From NCBI GenBank assembly GCA_037481815.1, contig JBBFKX010000002.1:160001-224000 (forward strand): DNA of 64,000 bases, given 5' to 3'. This DNA comes from a candidate division WOR-3 bacterium (lineage in GTDB: Bacteria > Hydrothermota > 32-111). Below are positions 28,075-37,475 of the stretch, piece by piece. The translations under genes were made by a program, and so were the position numbers. Positions within the stretch are counted from its first letter, which is position 1, and each line of letters starts with the position of its first letter. Below the pieces are notes generated by a model. That model was given only the letters and a program-made list of their open reading frames with translations, ran no database searches and was not told the DNA's origin.

Positions 28075-29098
28075 ACTCTTCTATGATTCCATCTATCAAT
28101 TTTAAAATTTCAAATCTTGAAAACATTTTTGCTTTTCTGTTTCCGAAAACAGAAAACTCAAAAAGATTTTCCCTTTTTTCGAAAAGTTCATTCAAACCTT
28201 TCAAAAGATCATTTAGATTAAAATCAACAATAACTGCACTACCTTTAAAATTTTTTTCTATATCGAAACTGCTTGTAGTTAAAACAACACATTTTGAAGC
28301 CATCGCTTCAAGTATTGTCCTTCCCTGTTGTTCTTTCCATGAATTTGTATCTTTTGAAAGGTTGATAAAAATATCAACATCTTTATAAAAGTTATGCATA
28401 TCCTTATGCTCAACAAATCCCAAAAACTGGTAATCGATTTTCGAACTTTTCAAAAAATCAAGAAGCAATTTTTCTTCTTTCCCTTTACCAGCAATCTTTA
28501 TACTATAATTCTGCTTGAGATTCTTCAAAATCTCAACAAGAAGCTTAACACCTTTATTCTCTTCCAATCTCCCTGCAAAACCAAGAGTCAATTTTTCTTT
28601 CGAGAAATTTTTATCTTCACTTAAAAAGAATTCATCAGGTATATGTAATGGGACAATTTTTGTTTCTTTTCTAAAAATCTCTTCGAGAACCTGTTTTGAA
28701 CCTTCGCCAACTCCAATAAAAAGATCGACCCTGTTCTTAACAAAATTGTAGAGAGTGTCTCTAAAAATATCCTTTTTTAAGATGTTTTGTGCACCTCTTA
28801 AAATTGATCTTTTATATTTCAAATTTTTCAAGAGAAAGTAGGTTTGTGGAAGATATGGTTCTTCATCTATCCACAAAAGATCATAGAATTCTTTATCATT
28901 TATGATCGGAATATAACCATTTTTTGTAAAAGGAAACTTTATTTTTTTGAAACCATTTTCGTCAAAATACTTTTCCCCAAATTCCCCTGTCCATGATTCT
29001 GGATATATTATTTTCACATCATATTCTTCCATAAGCATCTGAAAAACTTCTCTGTTTTGAGGATTAACATGCATATGTCCAACAACCAAAATCTTCAT
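28052..29098 (-). CDS. Glycosyltransferase family 4 (GT-B)
   Basis: FAGRLEENKG, WKEQQGRTILEAMAS. Confidence 0.85.
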   Translation of the reverse strand: MKILVVGHMHVNPQNREVFQMLMEEYDVKIIYPESWTGEFGEKYFDENGFKKIKFPFTKNGYIPIINDKEFYDLLWIDEEPYLPQTYFLLKNLKYKRSILRGAQNILKKDIFRDTLYNFVKNRVDLFIGVGEGSKQVLEEIFRKETKIVPLHIPDEFFLSEDKNFSKEKLTLGFAGRLEENKGVKLLVEILKNLKQNYSIKIAGKGKEEKLLLDFLKSSKIDYQFLGFVEHKDMHNFYKDVDIFINLSKDTNSWKEQQGRTILEAMASKCVVLTTSSFDIEKNFKGSAVIVDFNLNDLLKGLNELFEKRENLFEFSVFGNRKAKMFSRFEILKLIDGIIEEYVKPFIG

Positions 29099-29101
29099 AG
29101 A

Positions 29102-29821
29102 TCACCTCAAAATCTTTACATCTCCTGCAAGAAAACTTTTTTTTCCTGAAGATGTTTCCAAAACTATGGAACCATCTTCTTCAAATTTTATAACTTTACC
29201 CTCAAAAATCTGTTCAGAAGAGGTTATCCTCACTCTTTTCCCAATCATACCACTTTCGTTTAAAAATTTTGAAATCTCCTGGTAACCTTTTACCTGAAAG
29301 ATGTTCATCAAAACCGAAAACAGAAGATCTTCAAGTTTTCTTTTCTTTCCAGTTTGTAGATAAATTGAAGTTGCTATCTGTTCAAGATTTTGTGGAAAAC
29401 GATCATTGTTAACATTGATTCCTATACCTGCAACGATAATGTTGTCAAAATATTCAAGAAGTATTCCGGAGATTTTTCTATCCTTCACCAGAATATCGTT
29501 CGGCCATCTATAGGTTAAATCTTCTATCTCATTTTTTAGATTGTTGTAAACACCCATACAACAAACGATTGAAAAAAATTGTGAAGGATATGCTAACCTT
29601 TTTGAATCATATGAAAAAGTGAAATAGAGTCCACCCTCTTCTGACTCCCATTTTCTGTTGAACCTTCCATAACCTTTTGTTTGTCTTTTAGCCACGATCA
29701 AAAAATTTTTTTTACCTGATTTTAAAAGTTCTATCGCTTGTAGATTTGTTGAATCAACACTATCAAAATAAATATAATCATCAAAATCAAATTTTTCTTT
29801 TATTCTCAAAAAGTCAAACAT
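29102..29821 (-). CDS. birA: Biotin-[acetyl-CoA-carboxylase] ligase without N-terminal HTH
   Basis: DSTN, QTKGYGRFNRKW, RWPND, KISGILLE, GIGINV. Confidence 0.92.
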   Translation of the reverse strand: MFDFLRIKEKFDFDDYIYFDSVDSTNLQAIELLKSGKKNFLIVAKRQTKGYGRFNRKWESEEGGLYFTFSYDSKRLAYPSQFFSIVCCMGVYNNLKNEIEDLTYRWPNDILVKDRKISGILLEYFDNIIVAGIGINVNNDRFPQNLEQIATSIYLQTGKKRKLEDLLFSVLMNIFQVKGYQEISKFLNESGMIGKRVRITSSEQIFEGKVIKFEEDGSIVLETSSGKKSFLAGDVKILR

Positions 29822-30662
29822 TTTCCACCTTCATACTCATATCAAGAGCTTTTGCTGAATGTGTTATTTTACCTATCGAGATAAAATCTGGATATTTCTG
29901 GGCATAACTTTCTATATTTTTTTCGTCGATGTTTCCAGACACTTCAATCTCACATCTTCTATTTATGATTTTTATTGATTTTTCAATTTCTTCAGGTGTC
30001 ATGTTGTCAAGAAGGATTCTATCAACTGGATAGTTTAAAACCTTTTCAATCTCTTCAATATTTTTTACTTCAACTATGATCTTTTTATCCGGGTATTTAT
30101 TTTTCATTCTCTGTGTTACCGTGAAATCATCTTTCAAAAAAGAAATATGATTATCCTTAATCATTATCTGATCATAAAGATCAAACCTATGGTTAACTCC
30201 ACCACCACATAAAACAGCGTACTTTTCAAGTGCTCTCAGGCCAGGTATAGTTTTTCTCGTATCAAGAATTTTAACATTATATTTTTCTACAAGTTTTACA
30301 AATTTATTTGTGTATGTTGCAACACCTGAAAGATGTTGTACAAAATTAAGTATCGTTCTTTCAGAAGAGAGTATTCCTCTTAATTTTCCTTTAACTTTTG
30401 CAAGTTTTTCACCTTTTTTTATAAAATTTCCATCTTCTGAGAAATACTCTACAACATAGACACCAAAATTTTGAAGAACGATTTCCGTAATCTGTATGCC
30501 TGAAAGAATACCATTTTCTTTTGCTATTAGGTTTGCAACACCTTCACTTTCTTCAGGTACACACATCTGTGTTGTTATATCCGTGAATGCCTTGTCCTCC
30601 TTAATCGCTTCCATAACAATAGATTCGATTGTGGATCTATCGACAATTTTAAAAATGTTCAC
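29814..30662 (-). CDS. nadC: Nicotinate-nucleotide pyrophosphorylase (carboxylating)
   Basis: ERTILNF, DTRKTIPG, NHRFDL, IKDNH, LLDNM, EVSG. Start moved to GTG 30662 after AAAGGGGG. Confidence 0.95.
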   Translation of the reverse strand: MNIFKIVDRSTIESIVMEAIKEDKAFTDITTQMCVPEESEGVANLIAKENGILSGIQITEIVLQNFGVYVVEYFSEDGNFIKKGEKLAKVKGKLRGILSSERTILNFVQHLSGVATYTNKFVKLVEKYNVKILDTRKTIPGLRALEKYAVLCGGGVNHRFDLYDQIMIKDNHISFLKDDFTVTQRMKNKYPDKKIIVEVKNIEEIEKVLNYPVDRILLDNMTPEEIEKSIKIINRRCEIEVSGNIDEKNIESYAQKYPDFISIGKITHSAKALDMSMKVENV

Positions 30663-31341
30663 ACAACACCCCCTTTTCGTCAATCTTAAGATAACTTCCC
30701 TTCTTTTTGAAATCTGCCAAAGAATAGATTTTATGATCCTCTGAAACAAAATCTATATGGTAATGTGCGACTATAATTTTTTTAAAATCTTTACCAAAAT
30801 TCTCTCTTACCTTTTTTTCTATCGATTTGACATTTTTTTCCTCTTCCATGACCCTCATATTGCAAAGGTCTGACACAAAAATACCTAAAATGTATCCCAA
30901 ACTCTCAGGTAACAGAGAAAACAGAAATCTATCAAAATTGTTCTTTAAAATAGAATATAAAATTTTTTTTACAAATCCATCGTTTATGAAAATATGACCA
31001 TGAGTTAAAAAGATTTTTTGGTCACCATTTTCTATACAGATCTGGTCAACAACCTCTTTACAACCTGTATAACTTTTCAACATTTTTCCCATATACATGT
31101 CATGGTTTCCTCTTACAAGATATACATCGTATTCTTTTGAAATCTCTTTCAAAAAATTCAAAAGATTCAAATTTTCTCTCTTATAAAATTTATTTTTGAA
31201 CTCAAAAAAAAAGTCAAATGTATCTCCAAGGAATATAACATCTTTGAAATTATCTCTCTTCAAAACTTCCTTTATCATGTCAAAAAGATGATCATCACCC
31301 TTTCTATAATGAAGATCAGCAAACACCACTTTTTTGGTCAT
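30649..31341 (-). CDS. Calcineurin-like phosphoesterase, LpxH-like (UDP-2,3-diacylglucosamine hydrolase family)
   Basis: ADLH, LGDTFDF, RGNHD, THGH, AHYH. Confidence 0.7.
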   Translation of the reverse strand: MTKKVVFADLHYRKGDDHLFDMIKEVLKRDNFKDVIFLGDTFDFFFEFKNKFYKRENLNLLNFLKEISKEYDVYLVRGNHDMYMGKMLKSYTGCKEVVDQICIENGDQKIFLTHGHIFINDGFVKKILYSILKNNFDRFLFSLLPESLGYILGIFVSDLCNMRVMEEEKNVKSIEKKVRENFGKDFKKIIVAHYHIDFVSEDHKIYSLADFKKKGSYLKIDEKGVLCEHF

Positions 31342-32224
31342 AACTTTCGAATATCCATTTTAAACTCTCTTCAATTGAGTATCTATTCTTATAACCAGTC
31401 AAACTTTTAAAAAGTTCACAACTTCCAAAAAATTCTTCAGGTTCATTTTTTCTTAAAAGGGAATCATCGACCTGAAAATGAATCTTTTTTCCTGATATTT
31501 TTACAATGTATTCGGCGATATCTCTTAACAGAAAACTTTTTCCTGAACAGATATTATAAACACCTTTTTCAAGATCCATTGCAAGAGAGTAAGCATAAAC
31601 CATATCTCTCACATCTGTAAAATCTCTTTTCAAATCAAGATTTCCAACTTTTACGATTCCATCATTCGATTCAATTATCTTTTTTATTAAAGATGGAATA
31701 AAAAAATTCTCATTCTGTCCAACACCTATATGGTTGAACGCTCTTATGATAACATAATCGAGTCCAAACTTATCGTAACTTTTTATCATCTCTTCACATA
31801 TCTTCTTTGAAATCGAATAGGGGTTCTGAGGGTTCAGTGGATGTTTTTCATCTATCGGTAAATATTCAGGTATTCCATAAACATCTGAAGTTGAAACGAA
31901 TAAAAATTTTGTTTTTCTTCTATTCACCCTTAAAGATTCTATTATGTTTAAAGTTGAATTGATGTTTACAAAATATGTAAGATAAGGATCATTTAAAGAA
32001 ACTTTTGTTGACGACTGACCAGCGAGATGAAAGATGTAATCATACTCATTTTTTTCAAAAAATTCGAGTACTCTTTTTTTATCTGTTAAATCGAGTTTAT
32101 ATGATGTGTATTCTAAAAATTTGTCAACAAAGTATGTCCCCTCAACAATATATTTATCTTTTAACACTTCATAAAGATATGAGGCAACAAACCCTTCAGC
32201 ACCTGTTATTAGAACTTTTTTCAT
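31316..32224 (-). CDS. NAD-dependent nucleotide-sugar epimerase/dehydratase (GDP-mannose dehydratase / Rmd-like)
   Basis: ITGAEGFVA, HLAGQS, NPYSISK (YxxxK), RAFNHIG, RDFTDVRD. Confidence 0.85.
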   Translation of the reverse strand: MKKVLITGAEGFVASYLYEVLKDKYIVEGTYFVDKFLEYTSYKLDLTDKKRVLEFFEKNEYDYIFHLAGQSSTKVSLNDPYLTYFVNINSTLNIIESLRVNRRKTKFLFVSTSDVYGIPEYLPIDEKHPLNPQNPYSISKKICEEMIKSYDKFGLDYVIIRAFNHIGVGQNENFFIPSLIKKIIESNDGIVKVGNLDLKRDFTDVRDMVYAYSLAMDLEKGVYNICSGKSFLLRDIAEYIVKISGKKIHFQVDDSLLRKNEPEEFFGSCELFKSLTGYKNRYSIEESLKWIFESYDQKSGVC

Positions 32225-32952
32225 AATCCCTCTTTCAGTCGATCTGCAAGTATCTTTGGTAATCTTTCTTCATTTATCTTTCTCATAGCGCTCTCTATAT
32301 CATATTCAACCCTATGGAAGTTGATTACCATCTCATCTTTATCAAAAACAACAAAAGATGCTCTATTATCTCCATCCCTTGGTTGTCCAACAGATCCTAC
32401 ATTTATTATGTATCTTGAATTATCTTCAATTTTTATCGTTTCATTTTGAACCATTTTAACATCGCCAAAGATCTTTTTGTAAACAACAGGTATATGTGTG
32501 TGTCCTATAAAAAGTATTTTAAACTTCTCATAGTAAAACTCGTCATCAGCCTCATAGATTGAAGTTATATAGTTCCAGTATGAAGGATTCTGTAAATTAG
32601 AATGAGAGAATTTCAAATCAGTTAAAGACAGAGTGTATTCAAGTTTTTTTATTCTTTCTAAATGATCTTTTCTTATTACTTTTTTCGTCCAGAGAATAGA
32701 TTCCTTTGCAGAATAGTTAAAAAATCTGATGTTCGTTTTTCCTATAACACCACATTCATGGTTTCCCAGCAAAACTTTATCCGTGAGTGAAAATATTTTT
32801 TCCAAACATTCGTTTGGTTGTGCACCATAACCTATAACATCTCCAAGACAGATAACTTCTGGAAAAGGATGATAATTTTTTTCTACAAAATCGATAACCG
32901 ATTTTAGAGCATCATAGTTTGAATGTATATCAGAAAAAATCAAAAACTTCAT
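32221..32952 (-). CDS. Metallophosphoesterase family protein
   Basis: SDIHSN, LGDVIGYG, GNHE, GHTH, NVGSVGQPRD. Confidence 0.9.
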   Translation of the reverse strand: MKFLIFSDIHSNYDALKSVIDFVEKNYHPFPEVICLGDVIGYGAQPNECLEKIFSLTDKVLLGNHECGVIGKTNIRFFNYSAKESILWTKKVIRKDHLERIKKLEYTLSLTDLKFSHSNLQNPSYWNYITSIYEADDEFYYEKFKILFIGHTHIPVVYKKIFGDVKMVQNETIKIEDNSRYIINVGSVGQPRDGDNRASFVVFDKDEMVINFHRVEYDIESAMRKINEERLPKILADRLKEGL

Positions 32953-33380
32953 TTAAATTCTGGTAAATATTTTTCTTTGTTCTTTAAAATTTTATCAAGT
33001 ATGCCGTTGACGAATCCCCCAGAATCTGAAGTTGAATATAGTTTTGCTATCTCTATCGCTTCATCTATCGCAACTATATCAGGAACATTATCCTGAAGGA
33101 AAATTTCAACGAGGGCAATCCGTAGAATATTTTTATCGATTACAGCCATTCTGTGTATCGACCAATTTTTTGTAACACCATCGATCAACTCGTTTAACTT
33201 ATCAAAAAAGAGTGTCACCTTTTTAATGATGTTTAAACTATAATCTTTTACATCATCAGATAAATTATCCTCAAGTCTGAAAACTTCATCTATGATATTT
33301 TCAAGGTTAGAGAACTCGTTTATCTCGTAGATGTATAAAACTTTTAAAGCGAGAATTCTTGCTTTTCTTCTTTTACCCAC
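32949..33380 (-). CDS. nusB: Transcription antitermination factor NusB
   Basis: RRKAR, DKNILRIA, IDEAIEIAK, FVNGILD. Confidence 0.96.
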   Translation of the reverse strand: MGKRRKARILALKVLYIYEINEFSNLENIIDEVFRLEDNLSDDVKDYSLNIIKKVTLFFDKLNELIDGVTKNWSIHRMAVIDKNILRIALVEIFLQDNVPDIVAIDEAIEIAKLYSTSDSGGFVNGILDKILKNKEKYLPEFK

Positions 33381-33382
33381 AC

Positions 33383-33847
33383 TCAGATCCTTTTGTAGAG
33401 GTTTGCAAGTTCCAGAACAGTTTCAGCAGCATCATAACCTTTGTTTCCTGATTTGGTGCCAGCTCTTTCTATTGCCTGATCTGTAGAATCTGCTGTAATT
33501 ATACCAAAAGAGATAGGAATATCAACATCAAGATTCAATTTTGCTATACCTTTTGAAACCTCTGCTGCTATATAATCAAAATGGGGAGTTTCACCTCTTA
33601 TAACAGTACCAAGACATATCACTCCATTTAGATCTTTATTCTTTTTGATAACCATTTTGGTAACCTGTGGAATTTCAAAAGCACCTGGTGCCATATAAAT
33701 TTTTATATCCTTTTCATCAACATTGTGTCTTAAAAGACAATCAACAGCTCCATCGATCAAATTTTTTGAAATAAAATTGTTGAACCTTGAACACACTATC
33801 GCGAACCTCATCCCCTTTCCATCAAGTTTTCCTTCAAACTTTTCCAT
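33383..33847 (-). CDS. ribH: 6,7-dimethyl-8-ribityllumazine synthase
   Basis: SRFN, PGAFEIP, IRGETPHFDY, NKGYDAA. Confidence 0.97.
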   Translation of the reverse strand: MEKFEGKLDGKGMRFAIVCSRFNNFISKNLIDGAVDCLLRHNVDEKDIKIYMAPGAFEIPQVTKMVIKKNKDLNGVICLGTVIRGETPHFDYIAAEVSKGIAKLNLDVDIPISFGIITADSTDQAIERAGTKSGNKGYDAAETVLELANLYKRI

Positions 33848-33855
33848 AAAACCTC

Positions 33856-35055
33856 CTATATATTTTTTAACAGATGTCCAAGTTTTTTCTTTTTCGTTAA
33901 AAGATATTCAAAATTGTTCTCATTCGGTTGTATCTCAATTGGAACCCTTTCGACTATTTTGATCCCATAACCTTCAAGTCCAATTATCTTTTTTGGATTG
34001 TTTGTTAATAATCTTATCGTTGTAAGTCCAAGATCTTTTAAAATCTGTGCACCTATTCCATAATCTCTAAGATCAGCGGGAAATCCAAGTTTTATATTCG
34101 CTTCAACAGTGTCATACCCCTTCTCCTGAAGATGGTACGCTTTGATTTTGTTTACAAGTCCAATACCTCTTCCCTCCTGTCTTAGATAGAGTAAAACACC
34201 CTCTTTCTCTTTTTCAATCATTTCAAGTGAACTCTCAAGTTGTTTCCCACAATCACATTTCTGAGAATGAAATATATCTCCGGTGAAACATTCAGAGTGA
34301 ACTCTCACAAGAACATTTTTTTTACCTTTAACATTCCCTTTTATCAAAGCAACATGTATATGGTTATCGACATCGTTTGAATAGAGCACTATTTTAAATT
34401 TTCCAAAATCTGTCGGCAGTTTCGCCTCCACCTCTTTATGAACAAGTTTATCAGTTTTACACCTGTAAGAGATAAGGTCCTTTATCGTTATAATCTTCAT
34501 CTTAAACTTTTTTGCAATTTTTAACAGTTTAGGTAACCTCGCCATCTTCCCATCATCATCCATAATCTCACATAGAACACCTGCAGGTTTAAGTCCCGCC
34601 ATCCTTGCAAGATCTGATACTGCCTCAGTATGCCCTGCTCTTTTCAAAACACCACCTTTTTCAGCTTTTAGTGGAAACACATGCCCGGGTTTTGCAAAAT
34701 CTTCTGGCTTTGAATTATCATCTATCAGAAGTTTTATCGTGTGCGCTCTATCGTATGCTGATATTCCTGTATCAATGCCTTCTTTCGCATCAACAGAAAC
34801 TGTAAACTTTGTTCCATGAAGAGCAGTATTGTTTTCACACATAAGACGCAATCCCAATCTTGATAGCATCTCGTCAGTCATTGAAACACATATGAGTCCT
34901 CTTCCCTCTTTAGCCATAAAATTGATCTTCTCTGGTGTTACAAGTTCAGCGGCCATGATAAAATCACCTTCATTTTCTCTATCCTCATCATCAACGACTA
35001 TTACTATTTTACCATTTCTGATATCATCAATTGCATCTTCAATCCTGCTAAACAT
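33856..35055 (-). CDS. ribBA: Bifunctional DHBP synthase / GTP cyclohydrolase II
   Basis: [40 protein letters not shown]. Confidence 0.97.
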   Translation of the reverse strand: MFSRIEDAIDDIRNGKIVIVVDDEDRENEGDFIMAAELVTPEKINFMAKEGRGLICVSMTDEMLSRLGLRLMCENNTALHGTKFTVSVDAKEGIDTGISAYDRAHTIKLLIDDNSKPEDFAKPGHVFPLKAEKGGVLKRAGHTEAVSDLARMAGLKPAGVLCEIMDDDGKMARLPKLLKIAKKFKMKIITIKDLISYRCKTDKLVHKEVEAKLPTDFGKFKIVLYSNDVDNHIHVALIKGNVKGKKNVLVRVHSECFTGDIFHSQKCDCGKQLESSLEMIEKEKEGVLLYLRQEGRGIGLVNKIKAYHLQEKGYDTVEANIKLGFPADLRDYGIGAQILKDLGLTTIRLLTNNPKKIIGLEGYGIKIVERVPIEIQPNENNFEYLLTKKKKLGHLLKNI

Positions 35056-35653
35056 TTCTTTTCTCCTTTAAAAATTTGTAAACATCCTTTGTTATCTGAT
35101 TTATTTCAACATTAACTTTATCTCCAACTTTCAAATTTTTTAAATTTGTTATCTTTATCGTTTCGGGAATGATGTTTAAAACAAAAGAGTTTTCAAAAAC
35201 ACTTTTTATAGTTAAACTTATTCCGTTAACAGCTATAGAATCGTTTTCAACAAGATATTTTCCATATTTGGATCCAACATCAACTTCAAACTCAATCTTG
35301 TTTTTATTCGGTCTTGTTATCCTTTTCACATAACCTGTTGTATCAACATGTCCAAGGAGAATATGTCCCCCAAGTTTATCCTTTAGTGTCAACGATTTTT
35401 CAAGATTGACTTCACTATTTTTTTTATAGAACCTGATGATCGTTCGTTCAGCTGATTCAAATAAAGCATAGAACCTCAAAAAATCTTCTCCTATATGTTC
35501 AACAGTCAGACAAACTCCATCAACTGAGATCGAATCTCCAGATGTCACATCTTTTAGAAAATCTTTTGAAACCTGAACGGTTAAAACATAATCATCAGAT
35601 TTTCTTTTCAAATCATAAATTTTTCCGGTTTCTTTTATGAGTCCTGTAAACAT
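35048..35653 (-). CDS. ribE: Riboflavin synthase
   Basis: [29 protein letters not shown]. Confidence 0.96.
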   Translation of the reverse strand: MFTGLIKETGKIYDLKRKSDDYVLTVQVSKDFLKDVTSGDSISVDGVCLTVEHIGEDFLRFYALFESAERTIIRFYKKNSEVNLEKSLTLKDKLGGHILLGHVDTTGYVKRITRPNKNKIEFEVDVGSKYGKYLVENDSIAVNGISLTIKSVFENSFVLNIIPETIKITNLKNLKVGDKVNVEINQITKDVYKFLKEKRNV

Positions 35654-36705
35654 ATATACCTCTTAAAAATATCTTCTCCAATCTTTTTTTCTTCAACTTG
35701 TTTGAATTTTTTATCTTTTAAAATTTCCTCTATATTAAAATTTATACCATCTTTTAATTTTTTGAAAGATTTATAGATCCACACCTCATCAACAACATCG
35801 TTTTTTAAAGAATCAAGAAAAACACTCTTTCCACCTTCAATGATAAGGGAAATTACTTTATACTCACACAATCTATTTTTCACAAAATCCCAACTCTCTT
35901 TTTTATTATTTACAAAGATATATTTTACATCCTTCCTGTCTTTTAAAACATTTTCAAATTTTTTTGAAACGATTATTATTTTCAACCTTTTCTTATCTTT
36001 AAAAACATTTTTTGAATAATCGAGTTTGTTACTAAAATCAAGGATAATTATTTTTGGTTTATAATTTTTTTCAATATTCCTTGTATCAAGTAAAGGATCA
36101 TCAACATTTATAGTATTTGAACCTACAAGTATACCGTCCACCTGAAACCTTCTTTGATGTAGATCTTTTCGTGATTCAAAACATGTTATATATTTTTCAG
36201 GTAAATTTTTAGAATATATAAAACCATCACTCGATATTGCAACTTTTAAAATCGTATATGTTTTTTTACATGTTATATATTTTTGAAAGTATTTATTTAA
36301 ACTTTTTACCTCTTCTTCACATACACCAACCTGAACATCGTATCCAGCGTCTCTTAAAATTTTTATCGATTTCCCATTCACAGAAGGATTTGGATCCTTC
36401 ATTCCGATCACGATCCTTTTGAATGGGATCTGTTTTATAGTTTCAACACATGGAGGTGTTTTACCCCATACTGAGCATGGCTCGAGTGTGACATATAGTG
36501 TTGAATCAGCAAGTGAAACTGGTGAAGAATTTATCGCTTCTATTTCTGCATGTGGTTTTCCCGATCCCTTATGGTAACCCTTTGAAACAATTTTTCCATC
36601 CTTAACTATTAAAGCACCAACAAGTGGATTTGGGGAAGTTTTCCCTTTTGCTTTCAGTGCTAACTTTATAGCTTTTCTTATAAACTTTTCATCTTCTTTT
36701 AACAT
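35635..36705 (-). CDS. ribD: Riboflavin biosynthesis deaminase/reductase RibD
   Basis: PNPLVGA, HAE, TLEPC...TPPC, DDPLL, IEGG. Confidence 0.96.
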   Translation of the reverse strand: MLKEDEKFIRKAIKLALKAKGKTSPNPLVGALIVKDGKIVSKGYHKGSGKPHAEIEAINSSPVSLADSTLYVTLEPCSVWGKTPPCVETIKQIPFKRIVIGMKDPNPSVNGKSIKILRDAGYDVQVGVCEEEVKSLNKYFQKYITCKKTYTILKVAISSDGFIYSKNLPEKYITCFESRKDLHQRRFQVDGILVGSNTINVDDPLLDTRNIEKNYKPKIIILDFSNKLDYSKNVFKDKKRLKIIIVSKKFENVLKDRKDVKYIFVNNKKESWDFVKNRLCEYKVISLIIEGGKSVFLDSLKNDVVDEVWIYKSFKKLKDGINFNIEEILKDKKFKQVEEKKIGEDIFKRYICLQDS

Positions 36706-36732
36706 AAAAAAACCCGATTTTACAATCGGGGC
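36706..36732 (-). terminator. Riboswitch-controlled intrinsic terminator before ribD
   Basis: CCCGAUU-GUAA-AAUCGGG followed by a U7 tract running directly into the ribD AUG. Confidence 0.85.
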
Positions 36733-36740
36733 TTATAACT

Positions 36741-36842
36741 CCTTCTTCCATCCTGACTTTACAGTCGGCACCGTAATTTCAACGGTTCTGCTTTCGCTCG
36801 CGGGCTTTACCGCCGATCGGGATTTTCACCCAGCCCCGAAGG
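36741..36842 (-). ncRNA. FMN riboswitch (RFN element)
   Basis: CCUUCGGGGCUGGGUGAAAAUCCCGAUCGGCGGU...AGCCCGCGA...AGAACCGUUGAAAUUACGGUGCCGACUGUAAAGUCAGGAUGGAAGAAGG matches the RFN consensus; upstream of ribD. Confidence 0.97.
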
Positions 36843-36849
36843 AAATAGT

Positions 36850-36877
36850 ATTATAGATTAAAATTTTTCTTAGTCAA
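36850..36877 (-). promoter_or_regulatory. Promoter of the FMN riboswitch / rib operon
   Basis: TTGACT-N16-TATAAT, 7 nt upstream of the aptamer 5' end. Confidence 0.75.
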
Positions 36878-36905
36878 TATGATTATATTTTTGAAATTTA
36901 TATTT

Positions 36906-37022
36906 TTATCTAAAAATAATAACTTTTATTGTTTTACTTTTCCCTTCCATTTCTAATCTACAATAATAAATCCCATTCCTCAATCCATCTCTTAATATAT
37001 CAGTTTCACCATAACATATCAC
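36906..37022 (-). pseudogene. Relic 3' end of a T9SS-CTD secreted protein gene
   Basis: My translation VICYGETDILRDGLRNGIYYCRLEMEGKSKTIKVIIFR* resembles the CTD ends of three intact genes in this window (e.g. LRNGIYFIRV...KKFTFIN). An in-frame TAG lies just upstream. Confidence 0.6.
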
Positions 37023-37088
37023 ATTCTAAGAAATTTTAATTGTTAAAATTTATTATCATTATTTTAATCTTTCATTCTTCAATTATTT

Positions 37089-37328
37089 TTATTTTGCACA
37101 TCTTAATCCTGTTGATTTTCACGAATTATTATCCCATATGTCAAAGGAACTACCCTCATCATAGTTACTATCTAAATTATTTAAACAACCATAATAACTA
37201 CCTCCACTACCTACTTTGTTTTCCTCTGAAAATACTTTTAGGTTAAAGTGTTCACTTATGAAATAATAATTTTCTTGATACCTGCAAATCCTATATTCTG
37301 CTACATTTCCTGTAATTTTATGACACAC
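37089..37328 (-). pseudogene. Relic of a formylglycine-generating-enzyme (FGE-sulfatase/SUMF1) domain gene
   Basis: ITGNVAEY...KVGSGGSY...NNS*KSTGLRCAK* follows the GNVxEW...RGGSW...GFRC pattern of the domain's C-terminal part. In-frame TGA at 37119-37121; N-terminal part missing. Confidence 0.65.
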
Positions 37329-37437
37329 ATAAAAATTTATACCCTTTTATGGTATTAAAATCTGTTATAAAAATAATTAAATTTTATCCTCATTTTCAAA
37401 TTATTCACTTTTTATTCGATAATAATGTGTTAATTTC

Positions 37438-37465
37438 TTGACTTTTTTTGATATTGAATTATGAT
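37438..37465 (+). promoter_or_regulatory. Putative promoter of the diguanylate cyclase gene
   Basis: TTGACT-N16-TATGAT; the -10 overlaps the ORF-track ATG 37461, favouring ATG 37476 as the start. Confidence 0.45.
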
Positions 37466-37475
37466 TATTTTACAA

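Noticed and set aside
5702..30749. Long overlaps implied by ORF-track starts for cdsA (6715) and nadC (30749)
   Set aside because: The extensions are non-homologous read-back into upstream genes; SD-supported starts at 6541 and 30662 give normal lengths.
37119..37121. In-frame TGA in the FGE-like relic as selenocysteine or recoded Trp/Gly
   Set aside because: TGA terminates many intact genes here, the fragment also lacks its N-terminal part, and I see no SECIS-like hairpin. Pseudogene decay is simpler.
37040..37246. 68-aa plus-strand ORF in the intergenic region
   Set aside because: Low-complexity I/L/N/H/Y sequence antisense to the FGE-like relic, with no SD.
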